NCBI GenBank assembly: GCA_964016885.1 | Contig: OZ024741.1 | Coordinates: forward strand, 249,426,001-249,490,000 | Direction of reading: 5' to 3' | Source of the DNA: Eledone cirrhosa | Taxonomy: Eukaryota | Length of the DNA: 64,000 bases | In this document: in pieces, positions 11,490-26,100 of the stretch | Layout of the letters: every line of letters begins with the position of its first letter | How positions within the stretch are numbered: the stretch's first letter is position 1 | Position numbers and translations under genes: made by a program | Notes under the pieces: model-generated | What the model was told of the DNA's origin: nothing | Databases searched by the model: none | Seen by the model: the letters and a program-made list of their open reading frames with translations, nothing else

Positions 11490-14400
11490 AATCAAGGGGA
11501 GATAATTTCCAGCCGTCCAAGGGGAGATAATTTTCAGCCGTCCAAGGAGAGGTAATTTCTAGCCGTCCAAGGGGAGATAATTTCCAGCCGTCCAAGGGGA
11601 GATACTTTTTTTAAAAAAATCAGGCGGAGATAATTTGTAAACAAAAATCAGGGGGAGATAATTTGTAAAAAAAAATCAGGGGGAGATAATTTGTAAAAAA
11701 AAATCAGGGGGAGATAATTTGTAAAAAAAATCAAGGGGAGATAATTTGTCAAAAAAAATCAGGGGTAGATAATTTGTAAAAAAAAATCAGGGGGAGATAA
11801 TTTGTAAAAAAAAAATCAGGGGGAGATAATTTGTAAAAAAATCAAGGGGAGATAATTTCCAGCCGTCCAAGGGGAGATAATTTTAAGCCGTCCAAGGAGA
11901 GGTAATTTCTAGCCGTCCAAGGGGAGATAATTTCCAGCCAGCCAAGGGGAGATAATTTGTAAAAAAATCAGGGGTAGATAATTTGTAAAAAAAAATCAGG
12001 GGGAGATAATTTGTAAAAAAAATCAGGGGGAGATAATTTGTAAAAAAAATCAGGGGTAGATAATTTCCAGCCGTCCAAGGGGAGATAATTTCCATCCTTC
12101 CAAGGGGAGATAATTTCCAGCCGTCCAAGGGGAGATAATTTCCCGCCAGCCAAGGAGAGATAACATTTAAAAAAATCAGGCGGAGATAATTTGTAAAAAA
12201 AATCAGGGGGAGATAATTTGTAAAAAAATCAGGGGGAGATAATTTGTAAAAAAAATCAGGGGTAGATAATTTCCAGCCGTCCAAGGGGAGATAATTTCCA
12301 TCCTTCCAAGGGGAGATAATTTCCAGCCGTCCAAGGGGAGATAATTTCCCGCCAGCCAAGGAGAGATAATATTTAAAAAAATCAGGCGGAGATAATTTGT
12401 AAAAAAAATCAGGGGGAGATAATTTGTAAAAAAATCAGGGGGAGATAATTTGTAAAAAAAAATCAGGGGAGATAATTTGTAAAAAAAATCAGGGGGTGAT
12501 AATTTGTAAAAAAAATCAGGGGTAGATAATTTGTAAAAAAAAATCAGGGGGAGATAATTTGTAAAAAAAAAATCAGGGGGAGATAATTTGTAAAAAAATC
12601 AAGGGGAGATAATTTCCAACCGTCCAAGGGGAGATAATTTTCAGCCGTCCAAGGAGGTAATTTCTAGCCGTCCAAGGGGAGATAATTTCCAGCCGTCCAA
12701 GGGGAGATAATTTTTTTAAAAAAATCAGGCGGAGATAATTTGTAAACAAAAATCAGGGGGAGATAATTTGTAAAAAAAAATCAGGGGGAGATAATTTGTA
12801 AAAAAAATCAAGGGGAGATAATTTCCAGCCGTCCAAGGGGAGGTAATATCTAGCCATCCAAAGGGAGATAATTTCCAGCCGTCCAAGGGGAGATAATTTC
12901 CAGCCGTCCAAGGGGAGATAATATCCAGCCGTCCAAGGAGACATATTTTCCAGCCGTCCAAGGAGAGGTAATTTCTAGCCGTCCAAGGGGAGATAAGTTC
13001 CAGCCTCCAAGGGGAGATAATTTCCAGCCAGCCAAGGGGAGATAATTTGTAAAAAAATCAGGGGGAGATAATTTGTAAAAAAAAAATCAGGGGGAGATAA
13101 TTTGTAAAAAAATCAGGGGGAGATAATTTGTAAAAAAAAAATCAGGGGGAGATAATTTGTAAAAAAAATCAGGGGGAGATAATTTGTAGAAAAAATCAGG
13201 GGTTGATAATTTGTAAAAAAAATCAGGGGGAGATAATTTGTAAAAAAAATCAGGGGGAGATAATTTGTAAAAGAAATCAGGGGTAGATAATTTTCAGTCG
13301 TCCAAGGGGAGATAATTTCCATCCTTCCAAGGGGAGATAATTTCCAGCCGTCCAAGGGGAGATAATTTCCCGCCAGCCAAGGAGAGATAACATTTAAAAA
13401 AATCAGGCGGAGATAATTTGTAAAAAAAATCAGGGGGAGATAATTTGTAAAAAAATCAGGGGGAGATAATTTGTAAAAAAAATCAGGGGTAGATAATTTC
13501 CAGCCGTCCAAGGGGAGATAATTTCCATCCTTCCAAGGGGAGATAATTTACAGCCGTCCAAGGGGAGATAATTTCCCGCCAGCCAAGGAGAGATAATATT
13601 TAAAAAAATCAGGCGGAGATAATTTGTAAAAAAAATCAGGGGGAGATAATTTGTAAAAAAATCAGGGGGAGATAATTTGTAAAAAAAAATCAGGGGGAGA
13701 TAATTTGTAAAAAAAATCAGGGGGAGATAATTTGTAAAAAAAATCAGGGGTAGATAATTTGTAAAAAAAAATCAGGGGGAGATAATTTGTAAAAAAAAAA
13801 TCAGGGGGAGATAATTTGTAAAAAAATCAAGGTGAGATAATTTCCAGCCGTCCAAGGGGAGATAATTTTCAGCCGTCCAAGGAGAGGTAATTGCTAGCCG
13901 TCCAAGGGGAGATAATTTCCAGCCGTCCAAGGGGAGATAATTTTTTTAAAAAAATCAGGCGGAGATAATTTGTAAACAAAAATCAGGGGGAGATAATTTG
14001 TAAAAAAAAATCAGGGGGAGATAATTTGTAAAAAAAAATCAGGGGTAGATAATTTGTAAAAAAAATCAAGGGGAGATAATTTCCAGCCGTCCAAGGGGAG
14101 GTAATATCTAGCCATCCAAGGGGAGATAATTTCCAGCCGTCCAAGGGGAGATAATTTCCAGCCGTCCAAGGGGAGATAATATCCAGCCGTCCAAGGAGAC
14201 ATATTTTCCAGCCGTCCAAGGAGAGGTAATTTCTAGCCGTCCAAGGGGAGATAAGTTCCAGCCTCCAAGGGGAGATAATTTCCAGCCAGCCAAGGGGAGA
14301 TAATTTGTAAAAAAATCAGGGGGAGATAATTTGTAAAAAAAAATCAGGGGGAGATAATTTGTAAAAAAATCAGGGGGAGATAATTTGTAAAAAAAAAATC

Positions 14401-17400
14401 AGGGGGAGATAATTTGTAAAAAAAATCAGGGGGAGATAATTTGTAGAAAAAATCAGGGGTAGATAATTTGTAAAAAAAATCAGGGGGAGATAATTTGTAA
14501 AAAAAATCAGGGGGAGATAATTTGTAAAAAAAATCAGGGGTAGATAATTTTCAGCCGTCCAAGGGGAGATAATTTCCATCCTTCCAAGGGGAGATAATTT
14601 CCAGCCGTCCAAGGGGAGATAATTTCCCGCCAGCCAAGGAGAGATAACATTTAAAAAAATCAGGCGGAGATAATTTGTAAAAAAAATCAGGGGGAGATAA
14701 TTTGTAAAAAAATCAGGGGGAGATAATTTGTAAAAAAAATCAGGGGTAGATAATTTCCAGCCGTCCAAGGGGAGATAATTTCCATCCTTCCAAGGGGAGA
14801 TAATTTCCAGCCGTCCAAGGGGAGATAATTTCCCGCCAGCCAAGGAGAGATAATATTTAAAAAAATCAGGCGGAGATAATTTGTAAAAAAAATCAGGGGG
14901 AGATAATTTGTAAAAAAATCAGGGGGAGACAATTTGTAAAAAAAAATCAGGGGGAGATAATTTGTAAAAAAAATCAGGGGGAGATAATTTGTAAAAAAAA
15001 TCAGGGGTAGATAATTTGTAAAAAAAAATCAGGGGGAGATAATTTGTAAAAAAAAAATCAGGGGGAGATAATTTGTAAAAAAATCAAGGGGAGATAATTT
15101 CCAGCCGTCCAAGGGGAGATAATTTTCAGCCGTCCAAGGAGAGGTAATTTCTAGCCGTCCAAGGGGAGATAATTTCCAGCCGTCCAAGGGGAGATAATTT
15201 TTTTAAAAAAGTCAGGCGGAGATAATTTGTAAACAAAAATCAGGGGGAGATAATTTGTAAAAAAAAATCAGGGGGAGATAATTTGTTAAAAAAAATCAGG
15301 GGGAGATAATTTGTAAAAAAAATCAAGGGGAGATAATTTCCAGCCGTCCAAGGGGAGGTAATATCTAGCCATCCAAGGGGAGATAATTTCCAGCCGCCCA
15401 AGGGGAGATAATTTCCAGCCGTCCAAGGGGAGATAATATCCAGCCGTCCAAGGAGACATATTTTCCAGCCGTCCAAGGAGAGGTAATTTCTAGCCGTCCA
15501 AGGGGAGATAAGTTCCTGCCTCCAAGGGGAGATAATTTCCAGCCAGCCAAGGGGAGATAATTTGTAAAAAAATCAGGGGGAGATAATTTGTAAAAAAAAA
15601 ATCAGGGGGAGATAATTTGTAAAAAAATCAGGGGGAGATAATTTGTAAAAAAAAAATCAGGGGGAGATAATTTGTAAAAAAAATCAGGGGGAGATAATTT
15701 GTAGAAAAAATCAGGGGTAGATAATTTGTAAAAAAAATCAGGGGGAGATAATTTGTAAAAAAATCAGGGGGAGATAATTTGTAAAAAAAATCAGGGGTAG
15801 ATAATTTCCAGCCGTCCAAGGGGAGATAATTTCCATCCTTCCAAGGGGAGATAATTTCCAGCCGTCCAAGGGGAGATAATTTCCCGCCAGCCAAGGAGAG
15901 ATAATATTTAAAAAAATCAGGCGGAGATAATTTGTAAAAAAAATCAGGGGGAGATAATTTGTAAAAAAATCAGGGGGAGATAATTTGTAAAAAAAAATCA
16001 GGGGGAGATAATTTGTAAAAAAATCAGGGGGAGATAATTTGTAAAAAAATCAAGGGGAGATAATTTCCAGCCGTCCAAGGGGAGATAATTTTCAGCCGTC
16101 CAAGGAGAGGTAATTTCTAGCCGTCCAAGGGGAGATAATTTCCAGCCGTCCAAGGGGAGATAATTTTTTTTAAAAAATCAGGCGGAGATAATTTGTAAAC
16201 AAAAATCAGGGGGAGATAATTTGTAAAAAAAAATCAGGGGGAGATAATTTGTAAAAAAAAATCAGGGGGAGATAATTTGTAAAAAAAATCAAGGGGAGAT
16301 AATTTCCAGCCGTCCAAGGGGAGGTAATATCTAGCCATCCAAGGGGAGATAATTTCCAGCCGTCCAAGGGGAGATAATTTCCAGCCGTCCAAGGGGAGAT
16401 AATATCCAGCCGTCCAAGGAGACATATTTTCCAGCCGTCCAAGGAGACGTAATTTCTAGCCGTCCAAGGGGAGATAAGTTCCAGCCTCCAAGGGGAGATA
16501 ATTTCCAGCCAGCCAAGGGGAGATAATTTGTAAAAAAATTAGGGGGAGATAATTTGTAAAAAAAAATTAGGGGGAGATAATTTGTAAAAAAAAATCAGGG
16601 GGAGATAATTTGTAAAAAAAAATCAGGGGGAGATAATTTGTAAAAAAAAATCAGGGGGAGATAATTTGTAAAAAAAAAATCAGGCGGAGATAATTTGTAA
16701 AAAAATCAAGGGGAGATAATTTCCAGCCGTCCAAGGGGAGATAATTTTCAGCCGTCCAAGGAGAGGTAATTTCTAGCCGTCCAAGGGGAGATAATTTCCA
16801 GCCGTCCAAGGGGAGATAATTTTTTTAAAAAAATCAGGCGGAGATAATTTGTAAACAAAAATCAGGGGGAGATAATTTGTAAAAAAAAATCAGGGGGAGA
16901 TAATTTGTAAAAAAAATCAGGGGGAGATAATTTGTAAAAAAAATCAAGGGGAGATAATTTGTAAAAAAAAATCAGGGGTAGATAATTTGTAAAAAAAAAT
17001 CAGGGGGAGATAATTTGTAAAAAAAAAATCAGGGGGAGATAATTTGTAAAAAAATCAAGGGGAGATAATTTCCAGCCGTCCAAGGGGAGATAATTTTAAG
17101 CCGTCCAAGGAGAGGTAATTTCTAGCCGTCCAAGGGGAGATAATTTCCAGCCAGCCAAGGGGAGATAATTTGTAAAAAAATCAGGGGTAGATAATTTGTA
17201 AAAAAAAATCAGGGGGAGATAATTTGTAAAAAAAATCAGGGGGAGATAATTTGTAAAAAAAATCAGGGGTAGATAATTTCCAGCCGTCCAAGGGGAGATA
17301 ATTTCCATCCTTCCAAGGGGAGATAATTTCCAGCCGTCCAAGGGGAGATAATTTCCCGCCAGCCAAGGAGAGATAACATTTAAAAAAATCAGGCGGAGAT

Positions 17401-20400
17401 AATTTGTAAAAAAAATCAGGGGGAGATAATTTGTAAAAAAATCAGGGGGAGATAATTTGTAAAAAAAATCAGGGGTAGATAATTTCCAGCCGTCCAAGGG
17501 GAGATAATTTCCATCCTTCCAAGGGGAGATAATTTCCAGCCGTCCAAGGGGAGATAATTTCCCGCCAGCCAAGGAGAGATAATATTTAAAAAAATCAGGC
17601 GGAGATAATTTGTAAAAAAAATCAGGGGGAGATAATTTGTAAAAAAATCAGGGGGAGATAATTTGTAAAAAAAAATCAGGGGAGATAATTTGTAAAAAAA
17701 ATCAGGGGGTGATAATTTGTAAAAAAAATCAGGGGTAGATAATTTGTAAAAAAAAATCAGGGGGAGATAATTTGTAAAAAAAAAATCAGGGGGAGATAAT
17801 TTGTAAAAAAATCAAGGGGAGATAATTTCCAACCGTCCAAGGGGAGATAATTTTCAGCCGTCCAAGGAGGTAATTTCTAGCCGTCCAAGGGGAGATAATT
17901 TCCAGCCGTCCAAGGGGAGATAATTTTTTTAAAAAAATCAGGCGGAGATAATTTGTAAACAAAAATCAGGGGGAGATAATTTGTAAAAAAAAATCAGGGG
18001 GAGATAATTTGTAAAAAAAATCAAGGGGAGATAATTTCCAGCCGTCCAAGAGGAGGTAATATCTAGCCATCCAAAGGGAGATAATTTCCAGCCGTCCAAG
18101 GGGAGATAATTTCCAGCCGTCCAAGGGGAGATAATATCCAGCCGTCCAAGGAGACATATTTTCCAGCCGTCCAAGGAGAGGTAATTTCTAGCCGTCCAAG
18201 GGGAGATAAGTTCCAGCCTCCAAGGGGAGATAATTTCCAGCCAGCCAAGGGGAGATAATTTGTAAAAAAATCAGGGGGAGATAATTTGTAAAAAAAAAAT
18301 CAGGGGGAGATAATTTGTAAAAAAATCAGGGGGAGATAATTTGTAAAAAAAAAATCAGGGGGAGATAATTTGTAAAAAAAATCAGGGGGAGATAATTTGT
18401 AGAAAAAATCAGGGGTTGATAATTTGTAAAAAAAATCAGGGGGAGATAATTTGTAAAAAAAATCAGGGGGAGATAATTTGTAAAAGAAATCAGGGGTAGA
18501 TAATTTTCAGTCGTCCAAGGGGAGATAATTTCCATCCTTCCAAGGGAAGATAATTTCCAGCCGTCCAAGGGGAGATAATTTCCCGCCAGCCAAGGAGAGA
18601 TAACATTTAAAAAAATCAGGCGGAGATAATTTGTAAAAAAAATCAGGGGGAGATAATTTGTAAAAAAATCAGGGGGAGATAATTTGTAAAAAAAATCAGG
18701 GGTAGATAATTTCCAGCCGTCCAAGGGGAGATAATTTCCATCCTTCCAAGGGGAGATAATTTACAGCCGTCCAAGGGGAGATAATTTCCCGCCAGCCAAG
18801 GAGAGATAATATTTAAAAAAATCAGGCGGAGATAATTTGTAAAAAAAATCAGGGGGAGATAATTTGTAAAAAAATCAGGGGGAGATAATTTGTAAAAAAA
18901 AATCAGGGGGAGATAATTTGTAAAAAAAATCAGGGGGAGATAATTTGTAAAAAAAATCAGGGGTAGATAATTTGTAAAAAAAAATCAGGGGGAGATAATT
19001 TGTAAAAAAAAAATCAGGGGGAGATAATTTGTAAAAAAATCAAGGTGAGATAATTTCCAGCCGTCCAAGGGGAGATAATTTTCAGCCGTCCAAGGAGAGG
19101 TAATTGCTAGCCGTCCAAGGGGAGATAATTTCCAGCCGTCCAAGGGGAGATAATTTTTTTAAAAAAATCAGGCGGAGATAATTTGTAAACAAAAATCAGG
19201 GGGAGTTAATTTGTAAAAAAAAATCAGGGGGAGATAATTTGTAAAAAAAAATCAGGGGTAGATAATTTGTAAAAAAAATCAAGGGGAGATAATTTCCAGC
19301 CGTCCAAGGGGAGGTAATATCTAGCCATCCAAGGGGAGATAATTTCCAGCCGTCCAAGGGGAGATAATTTCCAGCCGTCCAAGGGGAGATAATATCCAGC
19401 CGTCCAAGGAGACATATTTTCCAGCCGTCCAAGGAGAGGTAATTTCTAGCCGTCCAAGGGGAGATAAGTTCCAGCCTCCAAGGGGAGATAATTTCCAGCC
19501 AGCCAAGGGGAGATAATTTGTAAAAAAATCAGGGGGAGATAATTTGTAAAAAAAAATCAGGGGGAGATAATTTGTAAAAAAATCAGGGGGAGATAATTTG
19601 TAAAAAAAAAATCAGGGGGAGATAATTTGTAAAAAAAATCAGGGGGAGATAATTTGTAGAAAAAATCAGGGGTAGATAATTTGTAAAAAAAATCAGGGGG
19701 AGATAATTTGTAAAAAAAATCAGGGGGAGATAATTTGTAAAAAAAATCAGGGGTAGATAATTTTCAGCCGTCCAAGGGGAGATAATTTCCATCCTTCCAA
19801 GGGGAGATAATTTCCAGCCGTCCAAGGGGAGATAATTTCCCGCCAGCCAAGGAGAGATAACATTTAAAAAAATCAGGCGGAGATAATTTGTAAAAAAAAT
19901 CAGGGGGAGATAATTTGTAAAAAAATCAGGGGGAGATAATTTGTAAAAAAAATCAGGGGTAGATAATTTCCAGCCGTCCAAGGGGAGATAATTTCCATCC
20001 TTCCAAGGGGAGATAATTTCCAGCCGTCCAAGGGGAGATAATTTCCCGCCAGCCAAGGAGAGATAATATTTAAAAAAATCAGGCGGAGATAATTTGTAAA
20101 AAAAATCAGGGGGAGATAATTTGTAAAAAAATCAGGGGGAGACAATTTGTAAAAAAAAATCAGGGGGAGATAATTTGTAAAAAAAATCAGGGGGAGATAA
20201 TTTGTAAAAAAAATCAGGGGTAGATAATTTGTAAAAAAAAATCAGGGGGAGATAATTTGTAAAAAAAAAATCAGGGGGAGATAATTTGTAAAAAAATCAA
20301 GGGGAGATAATTTCCAGCCGTCCAAGGGGAGATAATTTTCAGCCGTCCAAGGAGAGGTAATTTCTAGCCGTCCAAGGGGAGATAATTTCCAGCCGTCCAA

Positions 20401-21200
20401 GGGGAGATAATTTTTTTAAAAAAGTCAGGCGGAGATAATTTGTAAACAAAAATCAGGGGGAGATAATTTGTAAAAAAAAATCAGGGGGAGATAATTTGTT
20501 AAAAAAAATCAGGGGGAGATAATTTGTAAAAAAAATCAAGGGGAGATAATTTCCAGCCGTCCAAGGGGAGGTAATATCTAGCCATCCAAGGGGAGATAAT
20601 TTCCAGCCGCCCAAGGGGAGATAATTTCCAGCCGTCCAAGGGGAGATAATATCCAGCCGTCCAAGGAGACATATTTTCCAGCCGTCCAAGGAGAGGTAAT
20701 TTCTAGCCGTCCAAGGGGAGATAAGTTCCTGCCTCCAAGGGGAGATAATTTCCAGCCAGCCAAGGGGAGATAATTTGTAAAAAAATCAGGGGGAGATAAT
20801 TTGTAAAAAAAAAATCAGGGGGAGATAATTTGTAAAAAAATCAGGGGGAGATAATTTGTAAAAAAAAAATCAGGGGGAGATAATTTGTAAAAAAAATCAG
20901 GGGGAGATAATTTGTAGAAAAAATCAGGGGTAGATAATTTGTAAAAAAAATCAGGGGGAGATAATTTGTAAAAAAATCAGGGGGAGATAATTTGTAAAAA
21001 AAATCAGGGGTAGATAATTTCCAGCCGTCCAAGGGGAGATAATTTCCATCCTTCCAAGGGGAGATAATTTCCAGCCGTCCAAGGGGAGATAATTTCCCGC
21101 CAGCCAAGGAGAGATAATATTTAAAAAAATCAGGTGGAGATAATTTGTAAAAAAAATCAGGGGGAGATAATTTGTAAAAAAATCAGGGGGAGATAATTTG
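11490..21200 (+). repeat. ~4.5-kb direct duplication at 5213-bp offset (~11.5-16.0 kb vs ~16.7-21.2 kb)
   Basis: ORF offsets 11883/17096, 12725/17938, 13113/18326, 14370/19583 and 15628/20841 all equal 5213. Private SNPs are shared: tttacagcc ~13550/18763, aaagtcagg ~15211/20424, ccgccc ~15396/20609. Confidence 0.9.
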
Positions 21201-23169
21201 TAAAAAAAAATCAGGGGGAGATAATTTGTAAAAAAAATCAGGGGGAGATAATTTGTAAAAAAAATCAGGGGTAGATAATTTGTAAAAAAAAATCAGGGGG
21301 AGATAATTTGTAAAAAAAAAATCAGGGGGAGATAATTTGTAAAAAAATCAAGGTGAGATAATTTCCAGCCGTCCAAGGGGAGATAATTTTCAGCCTTCCA
21401 AGGAGAGGTAATTTCTAGCCGTCCAAGGGGAGATAATTTCCAGCCGTCCAAGGGGAGATAATTTTTTTAAAAAAATCAGGCGGAGATAATTTGTAAACAA
21501 AAATCAGGGGGAGATAATTTGTAAAAAAAAATCAGGGGGAGATAATTTGTAAAAAAAAATCAGGGGGAGATAATTTGTAAAAAAAATCAAGGGGAGATAA
21601 TTTCCAGCCGTCCAAGGGGAGGTAATATCTAGCCATCCAAGGGGAGATAATTTCCAGCCGTCCAAGGGGAGATAATTTCCAGCCGTCCAAGGGGAGATAA
21701 TATCCAGCCGTCCAAGGAGACATATTTTCCAGCCGTCCAAGGATAGGTAATTTCTAGCCGTCCAAGGGGAGATAAGTTCCAGCCTCCAAGGGGAGATAAT
21801 TTCCAGCCAGCCAAGGGGAGATAATTTGTAAAAAAATCAGGGGGAGATAATTTGTAAAAAAAAAATCAGGGGGAGATAATTTGTAAAAAAATCAGGGGGA
21901 GATAATTTGTAAAAAAAAAATCAGGGGGAGATAATTTGTAAAAAAAATCAGGGGGAGATAATTTGTAAAAAAAATCAGGGGTAGATAATTTGTAAAAAAA
22001 ATCAGGGGGAGATAATTTGTAACAAAAATCAGGAGGAGATAATTTGTAAAAAAAATCAGGGGTAGATAATTTTCAGCCGTCCAAGGGGAGATAATTTCCA
22101 TCCTTCCAAGGGGAGATAATTTCCAGCCGTCCAAGGGGAGATAATTTCCCGCCAGCCAAGGAGAGATAACATTTAAAAAAATCAGGCGGAGATAATTTGT
22201 AAAAAAATCAGGGGTAGATAATTTGTAAAAAAAAATCAGGGGGAGATAATTTGTAAAAAAAATCAGGGGGAGATAATTTGTAAAAAAAAAATCAGGGGGT
22301 GATAATTTGTAAAAAAATCAAGGGGAGATAATTTCCAGCCGTCCAAGGGGAGATAATTTTCAGCCGTCCAAGGAGAGGTAATTTCTAGCCGTCCAAGGGG
22401 AGATAATTTCCAGCCAGCCAAGGGGAGATAATTTGTAAAAAAATCAGGGGTAGATAATTTGTAAAAAAAAATCAGGGGGAGATAATTTGTAAAAAAAATC
22501 AGGGGGAGATAATTTGTAAAAAAAATCAGGGGTAGATAATTTCCAGCCGTCCAAGGGGAGATAATTTCCATCCTTCCAAGGGGAGATAATTTCCAGCCGT
22601 CCAAGGGGAGATAATTTCCCGCCAGCCAAGGAGAGATAACATTTAAAAAAATCAGGCGGAGATAATTTGTAAAAAAAATCAGGGGGAGATAATTTGTAAA
22701 AAAATCAGGGGGAGATAATTTGTAAAAAAAATCAGTGGGAGATAATTTGTAAAAAAAATCAGGGGTAGATAATTTGTAAAAAAAATCAGGGGTAGATAAT
22801 TTGTAAAAAAAATCAGGGGTAGATAATTTCCCGCCAGGGGAGATAATTTCCCGCCAGCCAAGGAGAGATAATATTTAAAAAAATCAGGCGGAGATAATTT
22901 GTAAAAAAAATCAGGGGGAGATAATTTGTAAAAAAATCAAGGGGAGATAATTTCCAGCCGTCCAAGGGGAGATAATTTTCAGCCGTCCAAGGAGAGGTAA
23001 TTTCTAGCCGTCCAAGGGGAGATAATTTCCAGCCGTCCAAGGGGAGATAATTTTTTTAAAAAAATCAGGCGGAGATAATTTGTAAACAAAAATCAGGGGG
23101 AGATAATTTGTAAAAAAAAATCAGGGGGAGATAATTTGTAAAAAAAAATCAGGGGGAGATAATTTGTAA

Positions 23170-26100
23170 AAAAAATCAAGGGGAGATAATTTCCAGCCGT
23201 CCAAGGGGAGATAATTTTCAGCCGTCCAAGGAGAGGTAAATTCTAGCCGTCCAAGGAGATATAATTTCCAGCCGTCCAAGGGGAGATAATTTCCAGCCGT
23301 CCAAGGGGAGATAATTTTAAAAAAAAAATCAGGCGGAGATAATTTGTAAACAAAAATCAGGGGGAGATAATTTTTTAAAAAAAATCAGGGGGAGATAATT
23401 TGTAAAAAAAAATCAGGGGGAGATAATTTGTAAAAAAAATCAAGGGGAGATAATTTCCAGCCGTCCAAGGGGAGGTAATATCTAGCCATCCAAGGGGAGA
23501 TAATTTCCAGCCGTCCAAGGGGAGATAATATCCAGCCGTCCAAGGAGACATATTTTCCAGCCGTCCAAGGAGAGGTAATTTCTAGCCGTCCAAGGGGAGA
23601 TAAGTTCCAGCCTCCAAGGGGAGATAATTTCCAGCCAGCCAAGGGGAGATAATTTGTAAAAAAATCAGGGGGGAGATAATTTGTAAAAAAAATCAGGGGG
23701 AGATAATTTGAAAAAAAAATCAGGGGGAGATAATTTGTAAAAAATATCAAGGGGAGATAATTTCCAGCCCTCCAAGGGGCTATAATTTCCAGCCGTGCAA
23801 GGGGAGATAATTTCCAGCCGTCCAAGGGGAGATAATTTCCATCCTTCCAAGGGGAGATAATTTCCAGCCGTCCAAGGGGAGATAATTTCCCGCCAGCCAA
23901 GGGAAGATAATTTTTTTAAAAATCAGGCGGAGATTGTAAAAAAAATCAGGGGGAGATAATTTGTAAAAAAATCAGGGGGAGATAATTTGTAAAAAAAAAA
24001 TCAGGGGGAGATAATTTGTAAAAAAAAATCAGGGGGAGATAATTTGTAAAAAAAATCAGGGGGAGATAATTTGTAAAAAAAATCAGGGGTAGATAATTTG
24101 TAAAAAAAATCAGGGGGAGATAATTTGTAAAAAAAATCAGGGGGAGATAATTTGTAAAAAAAATCAGGGGTAGATAATTTTCAGCCGTCCAAGGGGAGAT
24201 AATTTCCATCCTTCCAAGGGGAGATAATTTCCAGCCGTCCAAGGGGAGATAATTTCCCGCCAGCCAAGGAGAGATAACATTTAAAAAAATCAGGCGGAGA
24301 TAATTTGTAAAAAAATCAGGGGGAGATAATTTGTAAAAAAAATCAGGGGTAGATAATTTCCAGCCGTCCAAGGGGAGATAATTTCCATCCTTCCAAGGGG
24401 AGATAATTTCCAGCCGTCCAAGGGGAGATAATTTCCCGCCAGCCAAGGAGAGATAATATTTAAAAAAATCAGGCGGAGATAATTTGTAAAAAAAATCAGG
24501 GGGAGATAATTTGTAAAAAAAAATCAGGGGGAGATAATTTGTAAAAAAAAATCAGGGGGAGATAATTTGTAAAAAAAATCAAGGGGAGATAATTTGTAAA
24601 AAAAAATCAGGGGTAGATAATTTGTAAAAAAAAATCAGGGGGAGATAATTTGTAAAAAAAAAATCAAGGAGAGATAATTTCCAGCCGTCCAAGGGGAGAT
24701 AATTTTCAGCCGTCCAAGGAGAGGTAATTTCTAGCCGTCCAAGGGGAGATAATTTCCAGCCAGCCAAGGGGAGATAATTTGTAAAAAAATCAGGGGTAGA
24801 TAATTTGTAAAAAAAAATCAGGGGGAGATAATTTGTAAAAAAAATCAGGGGGAGATAATTTGTAAAAAAAATCAGGGGTAGATAATTTCCAGCCGTCCAA
24901 GGGGAGATAATTTCCATCCTTCCAAGGGGAGATAATTTCCAGCCGTCCAAGGGGAGATAATTTCCCGCCAGCCAAGGAGAGATAACATTTAAAAAAATCA
25001 GGCGGAGATAATTTGTAAAAAAAATCAGGGGGAGATAATTTGTAAAAAAATCAGGGGGAGATAATTTGTAAAAAAAATCAGGGGTAGATAATTTCCAGCC
25101 GTCCAAGGGGAGATAATTTCCATCCTTCCAAGGGGAGATAATTTCCAGCCGTCCAAGGGGAGATAATTTCCCGCCAGCCAAGGAGAGATAATATTTAAAA
25201 AAATCAGGCGGAGATAATTTGTAAAAAAAATCAGGGGGAGATAATTTGTAAAAAAATCAGGGGGAGATAATTTGTAAAAAAAAATCAGGGGAGATAATTT
25301 GTAAAAAAAATCAGGGGGAGATAATTTGTAAAAAAAAATCAGGGGTAGATAATTTGTAAAAAAAAATCAGGGGGAGATAATTTGTAAAAAAAAAATCAGG
25401 GGGAGATAATTTGTAAAAAAATCAAGGGGAGATAATTTCCAGCCGTCCAAAGGGAGATAATTTTCAGCCGTCCAAGGAGGTAATTTCTAGCCGTCCAAGG
25501 GGAGATAATTTCCAGCCGTCCAAGGGGAGATAATTTTTTTAAAAAAATCAGGCGGAGATAATTTGTAAACAAAAATCAGGGGGAGATAATTTGTAAAAAA
25601 AAATCAGGGGGAGATAATTTGTAAAAAAAAATCAGGGGGAGATAATTTGTAAAAAAAATCAAGGGGAGATAATTTCCAGCCGTCCAAGGGGAGGTAATAT
25701 CTAGCCATCCAAGGGGAGATAATTTCCAGCCGTCCAAGGGGAGATAATTTCCAGCCGTCCAAGGGGAGATAATATCCAGCCGTCCAAGGAGACATATTTT
25801 CCAGCCGTCCAAGGAGACGTAATTTCTAGCCGTCCAAGGGGAGATAAGTTCCAGCCTCCAAGGGGAGATAATTTCCAGCCAGCCAAGGGGAGATAATTTG
25901 TAAAAAAATTAGGGGGAGATAATTTGTAAAAAAAAATTAGGGGGAGATAATTTGTAAAAAAAAATCAGGGGGAGATAATTTGTAAAAAAAAATCAGGGGG
26001 AGATAATTTGTAAAAAAAATCAAGGGGAGATAATTTCCAGCCGTCCAAGGGGAGATAATTTTCAGCCGTCCAAGGAGAGGTAAATTCTAGCCGTCCAAGG

